Below are positions 30,756 through 48,723 of a DNA stretch of 64,000 nt, in pieces. Position numbers and translations under genes: made by a program. The DNA is from the human T2T-CHM13v2.0 reference genome, Homo sapiens, in the NCBI RefSeq assembly GCF_009914755.1, contig NC_060925.1. The stretch is one strand, 5' to 3'. The stretch's first letter is position 1. Each line of letters opens with the position of its first letter. The notes under the pieces were generated by a model. That model saw only the letters and a list, made by a program, of their open reading frames with translations. It made no database searches and was not told where the DNA came from.

Positions 30756-31498
30756 TACCCTAAGAGAAGGTAAGCCTTAAGTTTAGCCCATATTTCTAGC
30801 TCTGGGCACTTTTCAGACCCTGGTTTAGAGGAGGAGAGCTCAAAAAGTGTTTGACAATATCACTAAGCTAACGATGCAGAAACTGGAGTTCAAGGAGGCA
30901 CAGGTAGCTGGGATCAGAGTGAATGGGAAGAGGAAGCTGTGCAGAGAAAAACTTCAAGAAATTTACATAGACTTCCACTTGAGCCATTGGCTGAATTTTA
31001 AGCTTGTAAAACATAAGCAAGATCCCATGAGCCAGGGTGAAGAACAACTACTAAAAAAGAACAGCTACCAGAAAGCTATAAATTGAACTACAAGAGCTCA
31101 CACAGGGTTGGTAGATGTTCTAATTCTTATCACTTTGTATGAAGAGAGTTTATTAACAATCCACATCATACAGTAGAAACCAATGAAGTTTACTTTTTAG
31201 GAATAGGACTAATCCAGCCCCAGAGTAAAGACCTGTTAAAACTAGCACAAAGAAAATTAAAAAACAAACGCCAAAAATATTGAGATAATCTGCAAATGAA
31301 TTGCCTATCTTCTGAAATAAATTGACACATTGTTTAAAAGAAAATAACAAAATCCAAACAACATAAAAAATACAATGTCAAGTTCCCAACCAAAAATTAC
31401 TAGATATGCCAAGAAGCAAAGAGATGAAACCCACAGCCAAGAGAAAAATAAGTCTATAAAAACAGACACATAAATGATAGAAAAGATGGTATTAGTAG

Positions 31499-31824
<326 letters not shown>

Positions 31825-33309
31825 TAGATAAGGCTTTAAAACATCTTATATAAATATGTAAATGGATATTAAGGAAAGCATTAAAATAATGAGGGGAGAA
31901 ACTTAAAATTGTGAAAAAAATGTAAAACTTCTGATGTGAAATTGACAATACCTAAAATGAAAAATCATTGATGGTCTTGATAGCAAATCAAACATCAGAA
32001 AAGAAAAGATCAGTAAATCTGAAGAAAGGGCAATAGAAACTAACCAGCATAAAGCACATGCTTTCAGTCATATATACAAAGCTACCAGAAATGAACAAAG
32101 CCACTGTGACCTGTGGGAAAATGTCAAGTGGTCTAAGATACATATAATTGGCATTTAGGATAGGTGAGACAGAAAAAATTCTTTAAAGAGGTAATGACCA
32201 AAATGTTCCTAAATTTTATAATATATAAACCCACAATTCCAAGAGATTCAACAAACCCTAAGAAAGATAAATACCAAAAAAAATAAACACACATCAAGGC
32301 ACATAATAATCCAATTGCTTGATGTGAGCTATAAGAAGAAAATCTTAAATGTGAGGAAAAAAACTCACAAGACCTACAAAGAAATGAAGGTAAGAATCAA
32401 TACAAACTTCATATTGAAATAATGAAAGCCAAAGGCAATGGAATAATATTTAAGGTGCTATAAGACAATAAAAATAAAAACAATTAAGTTAGAATTCATA
32501 CCCAGAAAAAATTATCTTCCAACAATAAAAGCAAAATAAATACAATGATAGTCAGAAGCTGAAAAGATTCATCACCTGCACCCCTACACTGCAAAAAAAA
32601 AAAAAAAAAAAAATTAAAGGAAATTTTTAAGCTGAAGGGAAATGATACAAACTGGAAATATAGATTTGTACAAAAGAATAAAGTGAGCTAGAGGGGTAAA
32701 TGTAGAATAAATTCCAAAGACATTATTTTTCTCATTTTAAAATTTCATTAAAATTTCTTTTTTAAACCAAAAATAAATAATACATATGTGGAAGTTTAAA
32801 ACATACATATACATAAAAGTTTCAACAATAATAGCACAAAGGACAGAAAAAAATAGAAGTATACTACTGTAAGATTTTAATATTATAATAAATGATATAA
32901 TATCATTTAAATGTAGACTAAGGTAAAGTTAAAGGTGCAAATTGTAAACCTTAAAGCAGTCATTAAAGAATTCATCAAATCTGTAAAGCTAATTAAAACA
33001 CACACAAACACACACACACACAGGCAAAGCAAATCAGTGTTTTTCAAAGTCAAAATAGTTAACTTTGTAGGAATAGTGACTAGAAGAGGGCACAAGGGGA
33101 ACTTCAAGGTAATGCTCCGGTTATGTTATGCTTCTTATCTGCATATTTGCTATCTGGGTGTCTTCACTTAGTGATAACTGAGTTGTACAGTTAAGATATG
33201 CAGTTTTCCACATTTACATAAGCATATATGTATGTGTGTATATAAATATATGTACACAAGGGGGCTTGAACGGGTTGGTGGAAAAATTGAATTAAAAGAT
33301 GAAAATATG

Positions 33310-33457
33310 GAGCTGACTGCAATGGCTCGTTCCTATAATCCTATCTACAGGTGGGATAATTGCTTGAGCTCAGGTGTTTGAGGCTGCTGTGAGCTATGAT
33401 TGCACTACTACAGCCTGGGTGACACAGCAAGACCCCATCTCTAATAATAATAATAAT
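33310..33457 (+). mobile_element. Free Alu monomer (FRAM/FAM-like) inside HSMAR2
   Basis: Single arm with gaggctgctgtgagctatgattgcac and a (TAA)n tail; TSD-like gatgaaaata / gataaaaaata. Confidence 0.8.
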
Positions 33458-33474
33458 GATAAAAAATACAAACT

Positions 33475-34560
33475 TCATTTTTCAGGATAAGTTTCATCAA
33501 GTTCAAAACACTTTTGTTTTCTTCATTCTTGCTGTCATCTTAAGTTTAAGACACTTTTGTAAGCAATGATATCAGCCATTTAGTCCATACCTAAAGAGCT
33601 GAACATCCTGGAAATATAATCATGTCAATGCAGTTTTTTTACATTATTAACTGAAGAAAAATATGTCTCCTTAACAGATTGTTTAAGATGACGAAACAAA
33701 AAAAGTCAAAAGGAGACAAAACAAGTCTGTAAGGTGGATGCCTAATGATTTCCCATTGAAACTCACAAAATTGCCTTTGTTTGATGAGAGGAATGAGCAA
33801 GAGCATTGTTATGGTGGAAGGAGACTCTCTGGTGAATCTTTCCTGGGCAATTTTCTGCTAAAGCTTTGGCTAACTTTCTCAAAGAACTCTCATAATAAGC
33901 AGATGTTATCGTTCTTTGGCCCTCCAGAAAGTTAACAAGCAAAATGCTTTGAACAACCTGAAAAACTGTTGCCATGACCTGTGTTCTTGACTGGTCTGCT
34001 TTTGCTTGGACTGGACCACTTCCATTTCTTGGTAGCCATTGTTTTGATTGTGCTTTGTCTTAGGGATCATACTGGTAAAGCCATGTTTCATCTTCTGTTA
34101 CAGTTCTTTGAAAACACCCTTCAGAGTCTTGATCCTAATTGTCTAAAATTTCCATTAAAGTCTCTGCTCTTGTCTGCAGCAGATCAGGGTGCAATGGTTT
34201 TGGCACCCATCGAGTGGAAGTTTTGTTAAACTTTAATTTTTCAGCCAGAATTATGTAAGCTGAACCAGTTGAGATGTGTATGGTGTTGGCTACTGTTTGC
34301 ACATTTAATTCTTCAGTTAGGGCATGAACGAGATAAATTTTTTCCTTGCAAGTTGATGTGGATAGTCTGCTGCTATGGGCTTTGTCTGCAACATTGTCTC
34401 TTCCCTTCTTAAAATGAATTATCCATTTGTAAATTGCTGATTTCTTTGGGACATTGTCTCCATAAACTTTTTGTTAAGTATCAACAATTTCACCATTCTT
34501 ACACCCAAACCTCACCCAATATTTGATATTTGCTCTTGCTTCAATTTTAGCAGAATTCAT
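33475..34560 (-). pseudogene. Disrupted Hsmar2 transposase (Tc1/mariner)
   Basis: Starts MNSAKIEAR; ORF fragment MATVF...ILLVNFLEGQRTITSAYYESSLRKLAKALAENCPGKIHQRVSFHHNNALAHSS; multiple stops and frameshifts. Confidence 0.88.
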
Positions 34561-35070
34561 GTTGCTCTGATAGGGGCTCTTTCAAAAGGTGTCTTATCCT
34601 TCTTAGCATCTCAAACTAGATCCTGTCTAGACATGTTAATGAGCTAGTATGAGTTTATTTTGGTGCAAAAAAAAAATCAAAATCCATGCATCAAGTTTTT
34701 TATAATATGCATTTTCCATAAGTGTTTTAAAGATTCCTCATGTGTGTGTGCATTTGTGTGTGCATACATACATACTTATATGTACATAAGGCAAAGGGAG
34801 ACAAATAACAGATCATCTCAGAAAATATCAGGACTATCACATTGCCCACCTAACTCACAGATGCACAACTCATGTCCCAGTCTTTCTCTATAAATAGCAC
34901 CCCTTGGAGTTCTACCTGAACAAAATTGCATGGCTTTATCTGATTACTGTGGAAACTACTACTCTATTAGAATTACTTTTCAAAAGCTTTTAGTGGTCCG
35001 TTATACATCAAAGAACAAGCCAAGGAATGTTAATCCAAACTTTATCCATTTTGTTTTTGAGAAAATAGTC

Positions 35071-35210
35071 AGGCACCCACCTCCTTGCCTGACTAATTTT
35101 TGTATTTTTAATAGAGATGGGGTTTCACTTGAACTCCTAACCTCAGGTAATCCACCTACCTCAGCTTCTCAAAGTGCTGGGATTACAGGGGTGAGCCACT
35201 GTGCCCGGCC
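35071..35210 (-). mobile_element. Alu remnant (left arm, linker and start of right arm; rest deleted)
   Basis: ctaattttttgtattttt...aagtgctgggattacagg...cccggcc; no poly-T tail. Confidence 0.9.
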
Positions 35211-35281
35211 AATCAAATTTATTTTTAAGGAGCCTCAGGGAGCTGAGTTTTTCTATAAAACCTCTTCAAGAAAACACTCAC

Positions 35282-35732
<451 letters not shown>

Positions 35733-35859
35733 TTATAATTTATAACACTATTCTAAACCAATTCAGCTCACAATTGCGTACATTGCTACAATTGCCCCAA
35801 AACTAATGAGGTCGTAAGTAAAACCTTACCTATGAAACAGATAATATGTGTCTGTCAAG

Positions 35860-36100
35860 ATCCTGTTCAAGCATCACCTCCTCTCTGAAGCCTTGCTGGA
35901 TTCCAATGAGGCAGAATTAATTACCGTTTCTTGAAGCATCAACATATTGTGCATCTTCTATTAAAGCACATGTCCTAGTGAAAAGAGCTGATTTGTTTAT
36001 TTCTCTGCTTCCCTGACGAGACTGTTTTAGCCATCTTTGTATGTTCAGCACCCAGTATAGGGTCTAATCCATGACAAGTGCTCAAAAATTGTTTCAAAGT
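35860..36100 (+). mobile_element. L2 3' end
   Basis: catcacctcctctctgaagccttgc...cagcacccagtatagggtc...gtgctcaaaaattgttt. Confidence 0.7.
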
Positions 36101-36484
36101 TGGGGAGAGAGGATGGGGGCCCAGGATGGGGGAGGTAAATGGGATGGAAAAAAAAAGAAAGGATTTGCTTAACACTAGTAAATGAAAGGGAAGATATTCT
36201 TGGTTGGATAAAACAGTTGTTTGTCCAGCAAGCTTAAATTTGCATCCATTGTCACAAAATAATTAGACTCTCTCTAGGTCGTTTCACAGCACTGACTGTA
36301 AATACTTTGAAAGTATTAATCCAGTGTTAGACTGGTGCTTCGTGTCCTGCTATGCCATATGAATTGTTTCCCTTATGATCTGAGGACTGCAAAATATTTT
36401 ACAAATATTATCTTGCCAAATGAGTATGTGTAAAAATTGTCCTCAGGGCTTCCAGTGATGAAAGAGTTTGCACACCAACAAAAT

Positions 36485-36735
36485 GAACATGCTTCCGCAA
36501 CCCCCAGGCAACACTATTCACTCCCTTCTCTGATTCCCAGAGCACATTATTCATTTCTCTAATACAGCATTCAGTGCAGCCTGTCAGAGTCTGTTAGGCT
36601 TTCCCTGCCCAGTTGTATTGTAAGCTTCTTGAGGACAGAGACTGTGTTTTTATCTTGTTATCCCCAGTTCCTAACACAGAAACTGGCACGTGGTAGGTGT
36701 TCCATACTCATTTCTTGAGTGATTAAATGAATAAG
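36485..36735 (+). mobile_element. L2 3' end
   Basis: ttgtaagcttcttgaggacagagactgtg...cctaacacagaaactggcacgtggtaggtg. Confidence 0.75.
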
Positions 36736-37253
36736 AAAACATCTTGTAGTACTTTTATTTGAATAGGTCCTAAAAGTCCTGTCAATCTAGCTGTCTGGAG
36801 TCCAACTTTAAAAGCATCTCCAAAATAAGGAGCCAATAAAAGTCTTTGTTAAGAGTTGACTCCTGATCCTGCAGTGGCAACATGACAACCAGAAAGGGGC
36901 CTTAAATCATTCTCAGTATCCTAGGAACAATCTGATCACCCTGTGTGAGGAGGGCAACCCTTTAATCTGTAGCAATATTTAGTAGTAATTGTATTTTTCA
37001 TGTGAAACTTGATAAGCTCAGAGATATTTGGAGAACCAGTAAAAAAGCAAAAAGAAGAACAAACAAAATGATAGAAATGGAAAGACAAATTGTTTTCTAT
37101 TTAAATACAACATATGCCAGGTACTATGTGAGGTGCTCAGGATTCAGTGTTGAAATAAGATGTGCTCCAAGGCCTGGTTCACATATTTCTGGGGCCTGTG
37201 GAATCTTAAAGTGCCTCCTGCTACCATCTCAAAATGTTCCCCAGAGGAAAAAA

Positions 37254-37279
37254 ATATATATATATATATATATATATAT
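37254..37279. repeat. (TA)n microsatellite
   Basis: About 13 TA units. Confidence 0.95.
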
Positions 37280-38336
37280 GATCATTGAGTCTACAGCAAT
37301 TTGGTGGTGTTCCATTTTGGTGTTCATTTGGCTTTAATATAATAAAATGTACTCTTCATTTACCAATAGAACAAACAAGTCACTAAAACAAAATGTCATA
37401 GTTATGATTTCACTCCCAAACTGCTCTTCAAAGTCAGACTCAGCAGCCTCAGAGACAAAACTGCTCCACCCTACCCATTCAATGACAAAACACACTGAAG
37501 AGCCTTGGCAGCCAGCAGAGCAAGTCCTGCATTGGGGTTTTGGATGATGAGATCAAGACATGATCACAGCAGAGTTATATTAGTGCAATTACTAAGCAAT
37601 TAATAGACCTATAGACTATTCTCATGAACCCATAATGAGACCAGGGTATCAAGACAAGGAGGGTCATACACAGGGCCGTGCCAGTGGAAGGAGGGTTCAG
37701 GAAACTCTAAAACAATTCTGAAAAAAATTTTAATATGCCAATTAAGGAGGACATTTACCAATGTAATTATAGTATCTAGATTATTTTTGAAACCCTGTAT
37801 ATTAAAACTTATTTGAATGTGACTTTTTGTGAGATTTTCAAAGGAAATTTTCTAGTAGTTCAAACGCTCCACAATGTTTTATTTTAAATTTTCTAGAATT
37901 TGTATTGGGAATAAATATAAAATGGGCCCAAAGTACTTCCTTTTCAGAAACAGAACTTCACATTAAAACTTCAATTAATTATCATTTGGGATATTCATTC
38001 TTGCAGCAAATATGGATGCGTTGCAATGATGAATCTTTTCAGTGTGGGACACTTATGACTCTGACAGGGTCTATCCCTTCAGAAATCTCCAGTTGAGTAA
38101 GGTAATAAGATGTGTGCTCAAACAAGTAAAATAAGAGGTAAAATATTTTTACAAATTCTAAGAGAGATCCAGAGAAAATGCCATGGGACATCAGGGGATA
38201 AAAACAATGTATCCAGGTAAAGGCCAAAAAATGAATCAGAATTACTGGGGGCGGGGGGTGGGGTCAGGGGCGGTGGGAATAAACAGTCTGTTTAGTGACT
38301 GTGACATAGGAACAGTTTATTAGTAAGAATAATGCC

Positions 38337-38644
38337 AGCTGAGCATGGTGGCTCACACCTGTAATCCCAGCACTTTGGGAGGCCAAGGCAGGTGGATCAC
38401 TTGAGGTCAGGAGTTCGCGACTGGCCTGGCCAACATGGTGAAACTCCTCTCTACTAAAAATACAAAGAATATCCGGGCATCTTGATGTGTTCCTGTAATC
38501 CCCGCTACTCAGGAGGCTGAGGCAGGAGAACCACTTGAACCCAGGAAGCAGTGGTTGCAGTGAGCCAAGATTGCACCATTGCACTCAAGTCTGGGTGACA
38601 CAGCAAGACTCTGTCTCAAAAAAACACAAAAAAACAAACAAAAA
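38337..38644 (+). mobile_element. AluS
   Basis: TSD aagaataatgcc (38325-38336 / 38645-38656). Confidence 0.95.
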
Positions 38645-38658
38645 AAGAATAATGCCTA

Positions 38659-39003
<345 letters not shown>

Positions 39004-39419
39004 TAAAAGAGTACATATGTAAAAGGTTTCAAATGTCATCAAGCATGTAACTGATGTCTAATAAATGAGCTAAAATACTGTGTAACTTTTGAAGATTCAT
39101 TGCCAGTTTTTGTTTGTACCCTTACTAAAAATCTTTAGAAATATTAGTTTACTTTTATCCTTAAAAATCAGTGCTTCCTGATGATAATGGTTTGTTAATA
39201 ATAAGCTTAGAGTGCCCCGGTCTTTACAATTTTTATTGCATTTCACATTGTTTTAGCGATAAGTGGAGATCTAGAGTTGAAAATGTAAATGCTCCAGGGA
39301 CCAGGCAGGTCATGGAAGCATGTGAAACAATCTGTAATAAAGCAATAATAAGCAGTAGAGATCTGGGCAAGTTGGAAAGCAACTGTGTCTTCTGAAAGCA
39401 TTCCATTTCAAGTTCCAAA

Positions 39420-40745
39420 GGTTTAAAATTCTGTATTTCAAAGATTCAGATAAACCTCTGTCAAAATCCCAGCTGTTATTTTTGCAGAAATTGAAAAGTT
39501 AATCTTAAATTTCACATGGAAATGCAAAGGATCCAGAATAACCAAAACAAACTGGAAATAGAAACTAAGTTGGAGATTTTACACTTCTTGATTTCCAAAC
39601 TTACTACAAAGCTACAACAATCAAGGCAGTATGGTACCAACTTAAAGAGATCATATATAGATCAATAGAATAGAACTGAGAGTCCAGAAGTAAGCCCTCA
39701 TATTTATGGCATATTGCTTTTTAACAAAGGTGTTAAGACAATTCAATGTGGAAAGGATAGTTTTTTGAACAAATGATGCTTGGACAATTGGATATCTACA
39801 TTGCAAGAAATACATTTGTCCCTTTACCTCATACCATGCACAAAAATTAACTCAAAATAGCTCCTAGACCTAAATATATGAGCTAAAACTATAAACCTAC
39901 TTAAAGAAAATATAGGGGCACATTTATGTAATCCTGTGTAACAAATATTTCTTAGATATGGTATCTAAAATTTAATGAAGAAAAGATAAAAATAATACAT
40001 TGGACTTCATTAAAATTAGAAACTTTGCCCTTAATAAAACACTACCAAGACAATAAAAAAAGACAAGTCATGGATTACAAAAATATTTCTAAATTGTATA
40101 TCCAATAAGGAACTTGTATCCAGAATAAAATAATTCTTTTAACTCAATAAGAAAACAAACCAATTTTAAAATGTGAAGTGTTTCATAAACATTTCACCAA
40201 AGAAGCTATATAAATGGCAAATAAGCCCGTGAAAAGATGCCCAATAACATTGGGCATTAGGGAAAGAAAAATTAAAATCATAGTAAGATAACGTTTTGCA
40301 CCCACTAGAATGGTTGTAGTCATAAATAGCCAAAAACAAGTACTGATATGGATGTAGGGAAATTGGACATTGCAATGCCAAATGAAGCAGTCACATTGGA
40401 AAACAGTTTCAGTTTTTTTAAGTATTAAACACAGATTTACCATATGACCAAGCAATTCCACTCCTCAGCATGCAAGATAAATGAAAGCGTATATCCACCC
40501 AAAGACTTGTACATGAACAGCATTACTCATAATAGTCAACAGTAGAAATAATCCAACTAAGCAATGCATAAACAAGGTGTGGCATATCCATACAATGGAA
40601 CACTACTTGGCAATGTAAAGGAATAAAGTATTGAAATGTTCTACAACATGAATAAACCTCAAAATAAACCTATGGTAAGTGAAAGAAGCCAGAAAAAAAA
40701 GTCACATATTGGATAATTACATTTGTAGAAAATGACAAAAAATGA
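39420..40745 (+). mobile_element. Old L1MB/L1MC ORF2 3' portion
   Basis: tactacaaagctacaacaatcaaggcagtatggtac, aaaaattaactcaaaat, cacccactagaatgg, agcaattccactcct, catatccatacaatggaa. Confidence 0.88.
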
Positions 40746-40974
40746 GAGTTGAATTTTTTTTGGAGGCCACACTTTAGATACATTACAGCATTTACCTCCC
40801 TTCCACTGCCATCCATTCTCTTACTTATCAACTCAATACCTTTCTTATCAGCCCCCAAATCCCTATCTCCTCTATTTCAGTTCATCTCTCATAGCAATGA
40901 TTTTGCCAAAGAATTCCTCTATTGTGCAATCTCTTCTTTTATAATTGTGCTTTCATGATATATTAGTTAATAGC

Positions 40975-41490
40975 TGGAGGCTTGGAGCCTGAGATACATG
41001 AACTTGTATCCTAGATACTAACCAGATGTTTCTTAGAAAAATTATTTAACCTCTCAGAACTTAACCTATAAAATAGAGTTAATTTCATTTCCTTCGTAGA
41101 GCAGTGTAAAAATTAAACAAGCAATTACATTGAATGCTTATTGCATGCCCTGGTCCAATAAAATAGAGCTTTTAGTATTATTAGAATAAATGACTTGTCC
41201 AGGTTCACTGATAATAGTGAGGGGATTAGATCCCTTTGTATCATATTGTACTGTTCCATGCTGCCCGTTTTCTTTACCTGACACAACTTGCATTGTAGGC
41301 TAAATGAAAGGAGTGTTTAGCAAGAAAAGCCTAAACATAAGCATAAGCGAAGACTAGGCTCTAATATTGTCATCATAATTTGCTAGCTCTGTCACCCTGT
41401 TCAACATTCTGAGTCTTCAGATTTGTCTATCAAATTACTGACTGTGATTGTATGTAATAGAAATATTGTAGATGATTTATAAATGTTAGT
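40975..41490. mobile_element. Cluster of MIR fragments
   Basis: attatttaacctctcag, tgacttgtccaggttcac, ctagctctgtcaccctg. Confidence 0.55.
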
Positions 41491-42012
41491 TGCTTATGCA
41501 TTGCAGCTCAAATTACCCTATTTATCTGCAGGAGCCTATTTTTCCCTTTCTTATATACAGTGCCCTCATGCTCTCTGCCAGCCACCCTCCAATCCAAACC
41601 TACTTAAAAAAAGAAAAGCTGACATCAACAACATGGTGGAATAGGCAGCTCTTGACTCTCTTTCCACCCATGGATGCATCAAATAAACATTTATTCATGG
41701 ATCAATTCCCTCTGAGGGGAAGTCAGAGACCAGTTGAGAGACTCCTACCCTCTGGAGAAGTCAGAAACATTCACATTAAACAGGCAGAAAATGCTGAGGC
41801 ACATTCAGGCATGGACCTCCCTCTAGGCACCATGCCATAAGATTGGGAAAGAAATCCCCAACACACAACATCTCCCTGTGGAGAGAAGGAGTTGGACCTC
41901 ACATAGACTGCCCTAACTCTAAAGTTCCCATGATTTGGCCCTTAATTCACCAACTCTGGGAATGCAGGGAAGGGATTACTCACAAGTGAGTTTTTCTAGT
42001 GGTGTTTTATTA

Positions 42013-42372
<360 letters not shown>

Positions 42373-42928
42373 TCATTGAACTTTTGATACCATATCTAAG
42401 AAATATTTGTTACACAGGATTACATAAATGTGCCCCACATTTTTTCTTTATACAAGCTGCAAGTACTTCCAGGGGCTTTTTCTTCCAGGAACAGTGCAGA
42501 GAGAGAGCTATAAAAACTTCAACCCCCTATTTCTCCCTGGAAAGGACATAGTGTTCCAGTGGCCACTTGGTGACCTGGGTTCTAACTAACTTGTGTAGGC
42601 GAGTAGGAGGAGCAGACAAGTATTAACTTGCTGGCAAGCTGAGAAGATGGGCACTTCTTGAGCCTTCTCTGACTCCTCCCAGTGACGATTCCAGGTCTCT
42701 TAATCCTTGGAAGAAGTTTTTTCACAGATAGAGCACCCTAACTTTTATAGCTTCTATCAAGGGACAGCATCCTAAACCTCCTAGCCCTGGAAGCAGAGGA
42801 CAATTAGAAATGTGACTCTATTTAGACGACAGAAAAAAACTGACCATTTTATGTGGATGCGTAAGCACTTTCAGAGGCTTCATTCCCCAGGAGTAGTGCA
42901 GAAAAGGGGCTTTAAAAATGTACCTTCC

Positions 42929-43821
42929 GGGAGGAGCCAAGATGGCCGAACAGGAACAGCTCCGGTCTACAGCTCCCAGTGTGAGCGAGGCAGAAGACAG
43001 GTGATTTCTGCATTTCCATCTGAGGTACCAGGTTCATCTCACTAGGGAGTGCCAGAGAGTGGGCTCAGGTCAGTGGGTGCGCGCACTGTGCGCGAGCCGA
43101 AGCAGGGCGAGGCATTGCCTCACTTGGGAAGCGCAAGGGGTCAGGGAGTTCCCTTTCCAAGTCAAAGAAAGGGGTGACAGACAGCACCTGGAAAATCGGG
43201 TCACTCCCACCCGAATACTGCGCTTCTCCAACGGGCTTAAAAAACGGCGCACCACGAGATTATCTCCGGCACCTGGCTTGGAGGGTCCTACACCCACGGA
43301 GTCTCGCTGATTGCTAGCAGGGCAGTCTGAGATCAAACTGCAAGGCGGCAGCGAGGCTGGGGGAGGGGCGCCCGCCATTGCCCAGGATTGCTTAGGTAAA
43401 CAAAGCAGCCTGGAAGCTCGAACTGGGTGGAGCCCACCACAGCTCAAGGAGGCCTGCCTGCCTCTGTAGGCTCCACCTCTGGGGGCAGGGCACAGACAAA
43501 CAAAAAGACAGCAGTAACTTCTGCAGACTTAAATGTCCCTGTCTGACAGCTTTGAAGAGAGCAGTGGTTCTCCCAGCACGCAGCTGGAGATCTGAGAACT
43601 GGCAGACTGCCTCCTCAAGTGGGTCCCTGACCCCTGACCACCGAGCAGCCTAACTGGGAGGCACCCCCAGCAGGGGCACACTGACACCTCACACGGCAGG
43701 GTATTCCAACTGAAGGTCCTGTCTGTTAGAAGGAAAACTAACAAACAGAAAGGACATCCACACCAAAAACCCATCTGTACATCACCATCATCAAAGATCA
43801 AAAGTAGATAAAACCACAAAG
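42929..43821. promoter_or_regulatory. L1 5'UTR: sense and antisense Pol II promoter, CpG-rich, YY1 site intact
   Basis: caagatggccg at the 5' end; many CpGs retained against a CpG-depleted background. Confidence 0.85.
43070..43378 (-). CDS. L1 ORF0-like antisense ORF (102 aa, open)
   Basis: MAGAPPPASLPPCSLISDCPASNQRDSVGVGPSKPG... matches the primate ORF0 N-terminus; ATG at 43378. Confidence 0.7.
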   Translation of the reverse strand: MAGAPPPASLPPCSLISDCPASNQRDSVGVGPSKPGAGDNLVVRRFLSPLEKRSIRVGVTRFSRCCLSPLSLTWKGNSLTPCASQVRQCLALLRLAHSARTH

Positions 43822-44838
43822 ATGGGGAAAAAACAGAACAGAAAAACTGGAAACTGTAAAACGCAGAGCGCCTCTCCTCCTCCAAAGGAACGCAGCTCCT
43901 CACCAGCGATGGAACAAAGCTGGATGGAGAATGACTTTGATGAGCTGAGAGAAGAAGGCTTCAGATGATCAAATTACTCTGAGCTATGGGAGGACATTCA
44001 AACCAAAGGCAAAGAAGTTGAAAACTTTGAAAAAAATTTAGAAGAATGTATAACTAGAATAACCAATACAGAGAAGTGCTTAAAGGAGCTGATGGAGCTG
44101 AAAACCAAGGCTCGAGAACTACGTGAAGAATACAGAAGCCTCAGGAGCCGATGCGATCAACTGGAAGAAAGGGTATCAGCAATGGAAGATGAAATGAATG
44201 AAATGAAGCGAGAAGGGAAGTTTAGAGAAAAAAGAATAAAAAGAAATGAGCAAAGCCTCCAAGATATATGGGACTATGTGAAAAGAGCAAATCTACGTCT
44301 GATTGGTGTACCTGAAAGTGATGGGGAGAATGGAACCAAGTTGGAAAACACACTGCAGGATATTATCCAGGAGAACTTCCCCAATCTAGCAAGGCAGGCC
44401 AACGTTCAGATTCAGGAAATACAGAGAACGCCACAAAGATACTCCTCGAGAAGAGCAACTCCAAGACACATAATTGTCAGATTCACCAAAGTTGAAATGA
44501 AGGAATAAATGTTAACGGCAGCCAGAGAGAAAGGTCGGGTTACCCTCAAAGGGAATCCCATCAGACTAACAGCGGATCTCTCGGCACAAACCCTACAAGC
44601 CAGAAGAGAGTGGGGGCCAATATTCAACATTCTTAAAGAAAAGAATTTTCAACCCAGAATTTCATATCCAGCCAAACTAAGCTTCGTAAGCGAAGGAGAA
44701 ATAAAATACTTTACAGACAAGCAAATGCTGAGAGATTTTGTCACCACCATCCCTGCCCTAAAAGAGCTCCTGAAGGAAGCGCTAAATATGGAAAGGAACA
44801 ACCGGTACCAGCCGCTGCAAAATCATGCCAAAATGTAA
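43822..44838 (+). pseudogene. L1 ORF1p (338 codons) with two nonsense mutations
   Basis: MGKKQNRK...QPLQNHAKM; TGA at 43966-43968 (codon 49) and TAA at 44506-44508 (codon 229). Confidence 0.95.
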
Positions 44839-44901
44839 AGACCATCGAGACTAGGAAGAAACTGCATCAACTAACACGCAAAATAACAAGCTAACATCAT
44901 A

Positions 44902-48723
<3,822 letters not shown>

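Larger units (their letters stand above)
33257..34740 (-). mobile_element. HSMAR2 mariner DNA transposon, near full length
   Basis: Degenerate TIRs (caagggggcttgaa...gtggaaaa / ttttccataagtgttttaaagattcctca). Minus-strand start gagcccctatcagagcaacATGaattctgctaaaattgaagcaaga. Confidence 0.93.
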
